From Bacteroidota bacterium (GTDB taxonomy: Bacteria; Bacteroidota; Bacteroidia; AKYH767-A; OLB10): 64,000 bases of DNA. The DNA lies in assembly GCA_024643795.1 (NCBI GenBank), contig JAHEMF010000011.1, positions 1,302 to 65,301 on the forward strand, in the 5' to 3' direction. Position 1 is the stretch's first letter. Every line of letters starts with the position of its first letter. Below the pieces are notes generated by a model. It did not search any database. It saw only the letters and a list, made by a program, of their open reading frames with translations, and had not been told where the DNA came from. A program made the position numbers and the translations under genes. Positions 56,114 to 64,000 of this stretch are shown piece by piece.

Positions 56114-58546
56114 ATGGATCTTAAAAGGTTATATCCTCATATTATTGCGATAGTTATTTTTTTGGCAGTTAGCCTGCTATACTTTTTTCCTGTTATAGAA
56201 GGTAAACAGATAGTACAACATGATATAGCCCAATGGGAAGGGATGTCAAAAGAGATTCAGGATTTCAGAAATGAATTTCATGAAGAACCATTGTGGACCA
56301 GATCTATGTTTGGAGGAATGCCAGCATATCAGATATCTGTGATATATGGTGCCAACTTACTACAATACGTTAATTCAGCTCTTACACTTGGATTGCCTAC
56401 ACCGGTTAATTTTATTTTCCTGGCATTGCTGGGGTTTTATATTTTATTTTCTACACTGAAAATCGATTTTCGGATTGCAATTGCAGGAGCATTTGCTTTT
56501 GCATTTTCGTCATATAATATGATAATAATAATGGCTGGTCATAACTCTAAAATGCATGCCATTGCCTTAATACCGTTTGTATTAACAGGTATTTTATTAT
56601 GTCTGAGAGGAAGATATTTGCTAGGTACAGTACTCACTGCATTATTTTTAGGATTGGAGATATATGCCAATCATTTGCAGATCACATATTATCTCGCAAT
56701 GCTGATTGGTATTCTGATGTTAACTGAATTGGGTTTTGCAATAAAAGAAAAGTCCATTCCTGAATTTGTAAAGAAAAGTACCTTTTTATTGATTGCAGTA
56801 ATTTTTGCTATTCTGCCTAATATCACAAGCTTGTGGGCGACATATGAATATGGAAAGTACTCTACACGCGGGCCATCAGAACTGACCGAGAAAATGGAAT
56901 CAACTGGTTTGGATAAAGACTATGCCTTGGGTTGGAGTTATGGAGTTAAAGAGTCGTTAACACTGCTCATTCCAAATTTTATGGGTGGCCCAACACAAAC
57001 TGAGTTGTCAAAGAATTCCAATACTTATAAGGCACTTGTGGCTAATGGAGCAGGCGCACAGGCAAATCAATTTATCAAGCAAGTTCCTTTATACTGGGGG
57101 GACCAACCTTTTACTTCAGGACCAAATTATGCAGGTTCGATTGTCATTTTTTTGTTTGTGCTTTCACTATTTGTTTTAAAAGGTAAATGGAAATGGTGGA
57201 TTGTGATCAGTTCAGTATTGTTTCTGATGTTATCTTGGGGAAAAAATTTCTTACCACTGACTGACCTTTTCTTTTACAATTTTCCTGGGTATAATAAGTT
57301 CAGAGCGGTATCAATGATCTTGAGTATGATGGCATTTACTCTGCCATTTCTTGGGATATTGGGCCTCAGTAAAATCCGGGACCTGAACCCTAAAGAGATA
57401 AAGCAGGGGATTTTGTATTCATTTTACATCACTGGAGGGTTTACACTCTTAGTAGCAATTTTCCCCGTATTATCAGGTGGATTTTCAGGTATAGTTGATG
57501 AAAATCTGAGTGGTTATCCAAGTTGGTTGCTTGAAGCAATTAAGTCTGACCGTTCTGATGTGCTAAGGATGGATGCCTTTCGCTCTTTCGCGTTCATTGC
57601 TATCTCATTCGGATTGCTGTACTACCATTTTGTTAAGAATAAGCTGTCAACGAGTATAGTATTTCCAGTATTGGCATTATTCATATTGATAGATCTTTGG
57701 TCTGTGGATAAACGCTATCTCGGTGAAGATGAGTTCAAATCTAAAAAAGGTACCCAGGTCTTTCAACCAAGTGAAGTGGATCAACGAATAATGAGTGATC
57801 CGGAATTAGGTTATCGTGTTATGAATGCAGCTGTTTCAACTTTCAATGATGCATCTACATCTTATTTTCATAATTCAATAGGGGGATATCATGGGGCAAA
57901 ACTGAAGCGTTATCAAGAGTTAATCGAATATCAGATCAGCAAAAACAATATGTCTGTATTGGATATGTTGAACACAAAATATTTCATACTTCCTAAACAA
58001 GATGGTGCAGGAGTCGAGCTGCAGATAAATCCCGGCGCTTGCGGTCCAGCATGGTTTGTAAAAGAAATCAAATATGTTGATAATGCTGATCAGGAATTAG
58101 AAGCTTTGACAGATTTTACTCCTTTACAAACTGCTATTATTGATAGTAGGTTCAAATCCGATATTCAAATCAAATCATTGGTGTTTGACACAACAGCTAG
58201 CATTAAACTTGTTGAATATAAACCCAATTATCTGAAATATGAATCAGTTGGCTTATCAGATCAAATGGCTGTTTTTTCAGAAATATACTATGAAAAGGGC
58301 TGGAATGCATATATAGATGGATCAAGTGTGGGTCACTTCAGGGTGGATTATGTGTTGAGAGGAATGGTAGTGCCTTCAGGTAGGCACATAATTGAATATA
58401 AATTTGAACCTAAGGTGTTTGCCACAGGAGAGAAAATTTCACTGACTGGGTCATTGATAGTTATTCTATTCACAGTTTTTGCAGTCTTTTCTGTTGCAAA
58501 AACTCAAATAGCTGATGCGGGTGCAAATTCCAAAGATCAAGGATGA
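56114..58546 (+). CDS. YfhO-family polytopic membrane protein (GT-C-like glycosyltransferase)
   Basis: Track TTG start 56036 trimmed to ATG 56114. More than 12 TM helices plus a C-terminal extracytoplasmic domain and terminal TM. This architecture is typical of YfhO. Confidence 0.7.
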   Translation: MDLKRLYPHIIAIVIFLAVSLLYFFPVIEGKQIVQHDIAQWEGMSKEIQDFRNEFHEEPLWTRSMFGGMPAYQISVIYGANLLQYVNSALTLGLPTPVNFIFLALLGFYILFSTLKIDFRIAIAGAFAFAFSSYNMIIIMAGHNSKMHAIALIPFVLTGILLCLRGRYLLGTVLTALFLGLEIYANHLQITYYLAMLIGILMLTELGFAIKEKSIPEFVKKSTFLLIAVIFAILPNITSLWATYEYGKYSTRGPSELTEKMESTGLDKDYALGWSYGVKESLTLLIPNFMGGPTQTELSKNSNTYKALVANGAGAQANQFIKQVPLYWGDQPFTSGPNYAGSIVIFLFVLSLFVLKGKWKWWIVISSVLFLMLSWGKNFLPLTDLFFYNFPGYNKFRAVSMILSMMAFTLPFLGILGLSKIRDLNPKEIKQGILYSFYITGGFTLLVAIFPVLSGGFSGIVDENLSGYPSWLLEAIKSDRSDVLRMDAFRSFAFIAISFGLLYYHFVKNKLSTSIVFPVLALFILIDLWSVDKRYLGEDEFKSKKGTQVFQPSEVDQRIMSDPELGYRVMNAAVSTFNDASTSYFHNSIGGYHGAKLKRYQELIEYQISKNNMSVLDMLNTKYFILPKQDGAGVELQINPGACGPAWFVKEIKYVDNADQELEALTDFTPLQTAIIDSRFKSDIQIKSLVFDTTASIKLVEYKPNYLKYESVGLSDQMAVFSEIYYEKGWNAYIDGSSVGHFRVDYVLRGMVVPSGRHIIEYKFEPKVFATGEKISLTGSLIVILFTVFAVFSVAKTQIADAGANSKDQG

Positions 58547-59844
58547 AAAAAGTCTTGGTGATCACTTATTATTGGCCTCCATCAGGAGGAGCAGGTGTTC
58601 AGCGTTGGCTTAAATTTGTTAAGTATTTGCCGGAACATGGTTGGAGTCCTATCGTATATACACCATCAAATCCGGAACTACCTGTTATTGATGAATCATT
58701 GGTAGGGGATGTAGGTTCAGAGGTCCAGGTTTTAAAGTATAAAATTTGGGAGCCATATGGATTTTACAAACAATTCATGGGATTACCCAAATCAGAAAAG
58801 ATTAATACAGGTTTCCTGACAGAATCTAAAAAGAAAGGATTTTTAGAAAAGATATCTGTTTGGATAAGAGGTAACTGCTTTATTCCTGATGCAAGAAAGT
58901 TTTGGATCAAACCTTCAGTAAAATTCCTCTCGAGATATCTAAAGTCAAATCCTGTAGATCTGATAGTAACGACCGGACCACCTCACAGTATGCATCTTAT
59001 TGGACATGAACTTAGTAAAAGATTGAAGATAAAATGGTTGGCAGATTTCCGAGACCCATGGACCAACATTGATTTTTATAAAGACCTGAAGCTTACAAAG
59101 TGGGCTGACCAAAAGCATCACCGGTTAGAATCGGCTGTAATTTCTAGTGCTGATTGTTTACTAACTATAGGTCCTACAATTGCGAATGAATTATCCATGT
59201 CGCATAATAAACATGTTGAGGTTATTCCTAATGGCTATGATGATGATGACTTTAATATAAATGTTCAGGTAGAGACAGATAAATTTGTTATTACTCATTT
59301 AGGGACATTGGTAAAAACCCGTAATCCAGTTATTTTATGGATGGCAATAAATCAGTTAATTTCAGAAAAAGTTATTGAAGCTGATAAATTTGTAGTTAGG
59401 CTTATTGGGAAAGTAGACATATCTGTTAAAGAGTCAGTTCAGGAATATAGAGTGGATAGCAGTATAGAGTTTATTGATTATATTCCCCATGAAATGGTTT
59501 CGGAATATCTGATGAGATCAACATTGCTTTTATTATTGATAAATGACACGCCTAATCAAAAGGGCATACTAACTGGAAAAATATTTGAGTATATGGCTTC
59601 CAAAAGGCCAATTATATGTATCGGGCCTGGTGATGGTGATGCAGGAACTGTAATCACATCTACTAAATCCGGCAATATATTTGACTTTAATAATTATGAT
59701 GCTTTATACATATACCTGAAGCAGCAATTGTTGAATTATAAAAATGGTATTATTCCGGTTTGTGATTCAGATACAAAAAATTATTCAAGACGAATGCAAA
59801 CAAGCAGGTTAGTTAAAATATTCAACGAAATAATTAATGATTAA
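58543..59844 (+). CDS. Family-4 (GT-B, group 1-like) glycosyltransferase
   Basis: KKVLVITYYWPPSGGAGVQR N-terminus. C-terminal nucleotide-sugar half. ATGA overlap with yfhO. Confidence 0.7.
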   Translation: MKKVLVITYYWPPSGGAGVQRWLKFVKYLPEHGWSPIVYTPSNPELPVIDESLVGDVGSEVQVLKYKIWEPYGFYKQFMGLPKSEKINTGFLTESKKKGFLEKISVWIRGNCFIPDARKFWIKPSVKFLSRYLKSNPVDLIVTTGPPHSMHLIGHELSKRLKIKWLADFRDPWTNIDFYKDLKLTKWADQKHHRLESAVISSADCLLTIGPTIANELSMSHNKHVEVIPNGYDDDDFNINVQVETDKFVITHLGTLVKTRNPVILWMAINQLISEKVIEADKFVVRLIGKVDISVKESVQEYRVDSSIEFIDYIPHEMVSEYLMRSTLLLLLINDTPNQKGILTGKIFEYMASKRPIICIGPGDGDAGTVITSTKSGNIFDFNNYDALYIYLKQQLLNYKNGIIPVCDSDTKNYSRRMQTSRLVKIFNEIIND

Positions 59845-60991
59845 GATATTGACAGTTATTGGTGCGCGTCCTCAGTTCATAAAAGCTGCAGCGATTTCGC
59901 ATACTATCAATTCTCACTACTCTGATGAAATTGAAGAAGTGCTGGTGCATACAGGGCAGCATTATGATGCAAATATGTCTGAAGTGTTTTTTAATGAATT
60001 GTCAATTCCTCATGAAAAGTATAATCTACAGATCGGATCTGGATCCCATGCAATTCAAACAGCGAGAATGATGGAGGGACTTGAAGGTGTCATTGCCAAA
60101 GAACAACCTGATGCTGTTTTACTTTATGGAGATACTAATTCAACTTTGGCAGGTGCGGTTACAGCTTCTAAACTTGAGATTCCAATAATTCATGTGGAGG
60201 CAGGACTTAGATCATTTACTAAAAACATGCCTGAAGAGATTAACAGAGTTGTCTGTGATCATTTGTCGACACTTCTTTTTACTCCAACAATAGCAGGATT
60301 GAATAATTTAAAGCAGGAAGGATTCCAGTTAGAAAATAAAGGTCCATTCACTGTTGATAATCCAGGAGTTTATCATTGTGGAGATGTTATGTACGATATA
60401 AGTCTTATGTACAAGCAGATTGCTTCAGAAAAATCCAGTATTCTCACCGCACTAAATATTAACAACAAAAAATTTATTCTTGCCACGGTACACCGGCAGG
60501 ATAATACATCCGATAATAATATATTGACTCAAATTTTATTTGCACTTGATCAGGTATCTCAAGAATCTGGTATTCAGGTAATATTGCCTCTGCATCCTAG
60601 AACAAAAAAAATACTTGATGATCATTTTAAAGACGTTGATTGGACTCAAAATAAAATAAGTAGTGGTATTAAGGTAATAGACCCAGTTTCATACCTGGAT
60701 ATGGTTCAGTTAGAATCTAATTGTTGTATGATAATTACAGACTCTGGCGGTGTTCAAAAAGAGGCATACTTTTACAAGAAGCCATGTATAATACTACAAA
60801 ATGAGACACCATGGATTGAGTTACTTGAAAATGGATCTACAATTTTAGTAGGATCTGATAAAGTAAAACTTATCAAGGCTTTTCATGAACTAAGGGATGA
60901 CAATCGGGTGTTTGAATTCTCTGATATATTTGGAGATGGAAATGGTTCAAAATTCATAATTGAACGGATAATAGCTAATATCAGGAACTGA
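59837..60991 (+). CDS. wecB: UDP-N-acetylglucosamine 2-epimerase (non-hydrolysing)
   Basis: IGARPQFIKAAAI, LYGDTNSTLAGA, HVEAGLRS, ITDSGGVQKEA. Confidence 0.88.
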   Translation: MIKILTVIGARPQFIKAAAISHTINSHYSDEIEEVLVHTGQHYDANMSEVFFNELSIPHEKYNLQIGSGSHAIQTARMMEGLEGVIAKEQPDAVLLYGDTNSTLAGAVTASKLEIPIIHVEAGLRSFTKNMPEEINRVVCDHLSTLLFTPTIAGLNNLKQEGFQLENKGPFTVDNPGVYHCGDVMYDISLMYKQIASEKSSILTALNINNKKFILATVHRQDNTSDNNILTQILFALDQVSQESGIQVILPLHPRTKKILDDHFKDVDWTQNKISSGIKVIDPVSYLDMVQLESNCCMIITDSGGVQKEAYFYKKPCIILQNETPWIELLENGSTILVGSDKVKLIKAFHELRDDNRVFEFSDIFGDGNGSKFIIERIIANIRN

Positions 60992-60994
60992 CAA

Positions 60995-62776
60995 ATGTGT
61001 GGGATAGCCGGGATAGTAACTACAAGCAGTTCTGTTGAAGAGAACAAACAGGAATTGGCATCTATGCTTGATGAGATAAAACATCGTGGACCAGATGCAA
61101 CACACATTTGGAATGACGAGAGTTGTTATTTAGGTCATAACAGGTTAAGTATAATTGATTTGAATTCTCGATCAGACCAGCCTTTTAAATACGAACACTA
61201 TGTTATTTCGTATAATGGTGAAGTATATAATTATTTAGAAATTAGAGACCTACTTGTTAAGAAAGGACATCAGTTTCTCACGGAATCAGATACAGAGGTG
61301 ATAATACATGCTTTTGCTGAATGGGGATCAGATTGTGTTACTCAATTTATGGGTATGTGGTCTTTTGTCATTTATAACAGAACAGACAAGAGCTTATTTA
61401 TTTCAAGAGATCGGTTTGGGATCAAGCCATTTTATTTTATACACAGTGGAAGTAATTTTGTGTTTGCAAGTGAAATTAAAGCACTAAAGTTAACAAGAAT
61501 ATTTAGGAGTGATCTTAATGCGGCTCAAGTTGCCAGATATTTACAATTAGGTTGGCTTGAATTTGAGAACGAGACTTTTTTTGAGTGCGTTGAAACTCTT
61601 CCTGCTGGATGTAATATGAAATTAGAAAACGGCAATCTGACTATTAACAGATACTATGAACTGGATCTGACTCAAAAGCTGGAAGGCAAAAATGAAATTC
61701 AAAAAATCGATCATTTTAGAGACTTATTTCTGTCCAGTTTAAAATTTCATATGCGTAGTGATGTTCCTGTTGGGGCATGTTTAAGTGGAGGCATTGATAG
61801 TTCTGCAATAGTATCTGGGTTGTGCCACATGAATTCTGAAATTGATTTGAATACATTTACTATTTATTATACAGGTGAAGGAGATGTAGATGAAAGGCCG
61901 TTTGTTGATTTGGTGCTAGAAAAATACCCAATTGTTAAAGGTCATTTTAGATCTCCAAACGTAGAAGAAGTGCAAGATGAATTCAAAAGAGCACTTTATC
62001 ACCAAGATGTGCCGCCTGCTTCTTCGTCTTTTCTCTCTCAGTATTTTTTAATGAAAATGATCTCGGATAATGGTATAAAAGTTGTATTAGATGGACAAGG
62101 TAGTGATGAATACCTTGCTGGATATTTTCATACTTTTTATCGGGTAATTGCTGATGAATTTTGTAATTTAAGATTCAAAAGGGCATTCAGTGAGTTGAAA
62201 GCAAGCCATAGGTATCGTGAGAGTAATAAAAGTGTAATAGGTGAGCTTGCAAAATCTTTTTTAGCTTCCATTTTTAGTGAATCAAAATTGTATGAACTAG
62301 AATACCGGTTTTATGAACCGAGAATCACTACATTTAAAGGAGTTCCGGATCTTGGCTTAAAAAGATATAAAGGAACAAAAACAGATAATTTTTTATATAA
62401 TTTAATGTTTACTACTAGTTTACCTAATCTCCTTCATTATGAAGATAGGAATTCCATGGCATTTTCAATTGAATCGAGAGTTCCTTTTTTGGATCACAGA
62501 CTTATTGAATTTGCATTTTCACTTCCAACTTCAGATAAAATATCTGCTGGAATAACAAAGCGGATTTTACGGGAATCTATGAAAGGGATTATACCCGAAG
62601 AGGTTTATAATAGGAGAGATAAGAAGGGTTTTGTAACTCCTGGAGTGGATAAGTGGGGAGGAGTTTTTACAGGAATGGAAAATTCAAGACCAAGACATAT
62701 TTTAATTACTATGGATCATAATAAAAAAAACTGGAAGAAACGGTCAATAGATTTTTGGATTAATAATAATTGTTAA
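60995..62776 (+). CDS. asnB: Asparagine synthase (glutamine-hydrolysing)-family amidotransferase
   Basis: N-terminal nucleophile MCGIAGI, HRGPD, PP-loop CLSGGIDSS. Confidence 0.85.
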   Translation: MCGIAGIVTTSSSVEENKQELASMLDEIKHRGPDATHIWNDESCYLGHNRLSIIDLNSRSDQPFKYEHYVISYNGEVYNYLEIRDLLVKKGHQFLTESDTEVIIHAFAEWGSDCVTQFMGMWSFVIYNRTDKSLFISRDRFGIKPFYFIHSGSNFVFASEIKALKLTRIFRSDLNAAQVARYLQLGWLEFENETFFECVETLPAGCNMKLENGNLTINRYYELDLTQKLEGKNEIQKIDHFRDLFLSSLKFHMRSDVPVGACLSGGIDSSAIVSGLCHMNSEIDLNTFTIYYTGEGDVDERPFVDLVLEKYPIVKGHFRSPNVEEVQDEFKRALYHQDVPPASSSFLSQYFLMKMISDNGIKVVLDGQGSDEYLAGYFHTFYRVIADEFCNLRFKRAFSELKASHRYRESNKSVIGELAKSFLASIFSESKLYELEYRFYEPRITTFKGVPDLGLKRYKGTKTDNFLYNLMFTTSLPNLLHYEDRNSMAFSIESRVPFLDHRLIEFAFSLPTSDKISAGITKRILRESMKGIIPEEVYNRRDKKGFVTPGVDKWGGVFTGMENSRPRHILITMDHNKKNWKKRSIDFWINNNC

Positions 62777-63803
62777 TTAGTTTCAATAATTTATTTTCTC
62801 GATTAATCAAAGGGTAATTAATTCTAATTTGCTCCCTGTTTTTAAAGGCAAAACTACTTGGTAATTGAATAGCTTTATTTATTGCTATTTTCAAAGCATG
62901 CTTATTTGGTTTCAACAAAACAACGCCATTTTCATTTATTATTTCTGGCATGCTGCTTACATTAGAAACAATGGGAATGCACCCGCAAAGCATAGCTTCA
63001 CATAAAGCATTTGGGAAGCCTTCCGATCTTGATAATTGCAAATAATATTTACAAGCTAACAATAGTTCAATTACTTTATCATTTTCCAATTCTGGATAGA
63101 AAGTAATGTTACTGCTGAAGCTTTTCGTAATTTGGCCTTTTTTTAAGCCTACAATTATAAAAGTAAATTCAGGAAAACTGGAAGCTATGTCAATTATCAA
63201 ATCAATACCTTTCAGTTTATAAATATTGCTATTAAGATCTAAATTTGAAGCTACTGTTATAAAAACATCATTTTTGGTGAAATTTGAACTCCCAATATTT
63301 ATATAATCGTATCCGTTTGGAATAATGGACAATGGTTTATTAATAACTTTTATATGATTTACTAATCCTTTTATTTTTCCTGGTTCGTAGTTATAAGTGT
63401 CAAAAAATGAATACATGGATTCGGACTTGAATATCAACTTATCTGCCCATTGGACAGATAATTTTGTAGCTATTGACATAAGTGATTTACAATAGTTGCC
63501 ATATTGAAACTCGCAATAACTAAAGCAATCACTTCCACCTAAGATTACTAGGGTTTTTCTTTTGAAAACCTTGTTTATACATAATGAAATAAATGAATGG
63601 TAACCAGCATGTTGTATCAATATTAATTTAGATTTACATATACAGGATATCAATTCAAATACTATCTTTGGAAGACTTATTAAAAATGTTATTTTGTTTT
63701 TGTACCGAAAATTTACTTTTATGACTTTGAAGTAGCATGAAAGTATTTTAAAGTCCTTTTCTGCGAAGCTTGAATTTTTATTGATTATATAACATATACT
63801 CAT
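62760..63803 (-). CDS. Glycosyltransferase (GT-B, group 1-like), strongly AT-rich
   Basis: C-terminal SRSEGFPNALCEAMLCGCIPIVSNV matches the E-x7-E region of GT4 enzymes. 17-nt 3' overlap with asnB. Confidence 0.7.
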   Translation of the reverse strand: MSICYIINKNSSFAEKDFKILSCYFKVIKVNFRYKNKITFLISLPKIVFELISCICKSKLILIQHAGYHSFISLCINKVFKRKTLVILGGSDCFSYCEFQYGNYCKSLMSIATKLSVQWADKLIFKSESMYSFFDTYNYEPGKIKGLVNHIKVINKPLSIIPNGYDYINIGSSNFTKNDVFITVASNLDLNSNIYKLKGIDLIIDIASSFPEFTFIIVGLKKGQITKSFSSNITFYPELENDKVIELLLACKYYLQLSRSEGFPNALCEAMLCGCIPIVSNVSSMPEIINENGVVLLKPNKHALKIAINKAIQLPSSFAFKNREQIRINYPLINRENKLLKLINNYY

Positions 63804-63811
63804 AATTAAAT

Positions 63812-64000
63812 ATGTGCGGATTTGTAGGTTCTATTTATACCAAACTAGATTCTAATTTTATTGACCTTAAAGATAATGCAAAAAAGATCCATTATAGAGG
63901 TCCTGATGATTTTGGATATATAAAAAAATCTATTTCAAAGTCTACTTATGAGCTGGCTTTTAATAGATTATCGATTATTGATTTATCTATACAAGGTCAT
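63812..64000 (+). CDS. Second asparagine synthase-family amidotransferase, N-terminal 63 codons (continues past the right window edge)
   Basis: My translation: MCGFVGSIYTKLDSNFIDLKDNAKKIHYRGPDDFGYIKK...FNRLSIIDLSIQGH. MCG nucleophile, RGPD, and RLSIIDL as in the neighbouring AsnB. Confidence 0.8.
   Translation, partial: MCGFVGSIYTKLDSNFIDLKDNAKKIHYRGPDDFGYIKKSISKSTYELAFNRLSIIDLSIQGH

Noticed and set aside
1-64000. CRISPR arrays, tRNA/rRNA genes, IS elements, integrases and prophage genes
   Set aside because: No regularly spaced direct repeats, no cloverleaf-sized conserved gaps (all intergenic gaps are 513 bp or shorter) and no transposase- or integrase-like ORFs were seen on either strand.

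Overview
Dense chromosomal segment of a low-GC Bacteroidota genome. Lineage markers: type-A T9SS C-terminal sorting domains, TAnnTTTG -7 promoter boxes, an rpmG-DUF4295-ftsY block, DUF4834, BshC, and a CarboxypepD_reg-type TonB-dependent receptor. I support about 57 protein genes. I saw no rRNA, tRNA, CRISPR array, transposase, integrase or phage genes. Content is mostly housekeeping: rpmB/rpmG/rpmH, ftsY, rimO, aroC, tgt, rsmG, carB, cinA, bshC. Envelope genes are also present: an AsmA-like protein coupled to a TPR/PD40/OmpA protein, an LptF/G permease, a MacAB-like ABC exporter, a DPP-IV-type peptidase and a secreted Xaa-Pro aminopeptidase. There are four large T9SS cargo proteins and a glycan-synthesis cluster at the right edge (YfhO, GT4, WecB, two AsnB-like amidotransferases, an inverted AT-rich GT). 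The ORF track misses four real genes. Two are cut by the window edges (minus strand 1..1314, plus strand 63812..64000). Two fall below its size cutoff (DUF4295 at 12305..12460, rpmH at 51553..51714). Several track ORFs carry spurious N-terminal extensions from TTG/GTG starts, and I trimmed them to the ATG that exposes a signal peptide. I found no clear-cut new defence or mobile system. The best candidates for a second look are: (i) the head-to-head pair of paralogous giant beta-helix-type T9SS proteins with a 0.5-kb AT-rich control region; (ii) the 36.9-45.4 kb cluster of a 1330-aa uncharacterised T9SS protein, a SusD-less TonB receptor and an internally duplicated DUF4397 T9SS protein; (iii) a monocistronic acidic disordered secreted mini-protein behind a TGACT/AGTCA motif array; (iv) the AsmA-OmpA and BshC-DUF853 translational couplings. 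All functional calls come from motif recognition by eye. No database search or computation was run.
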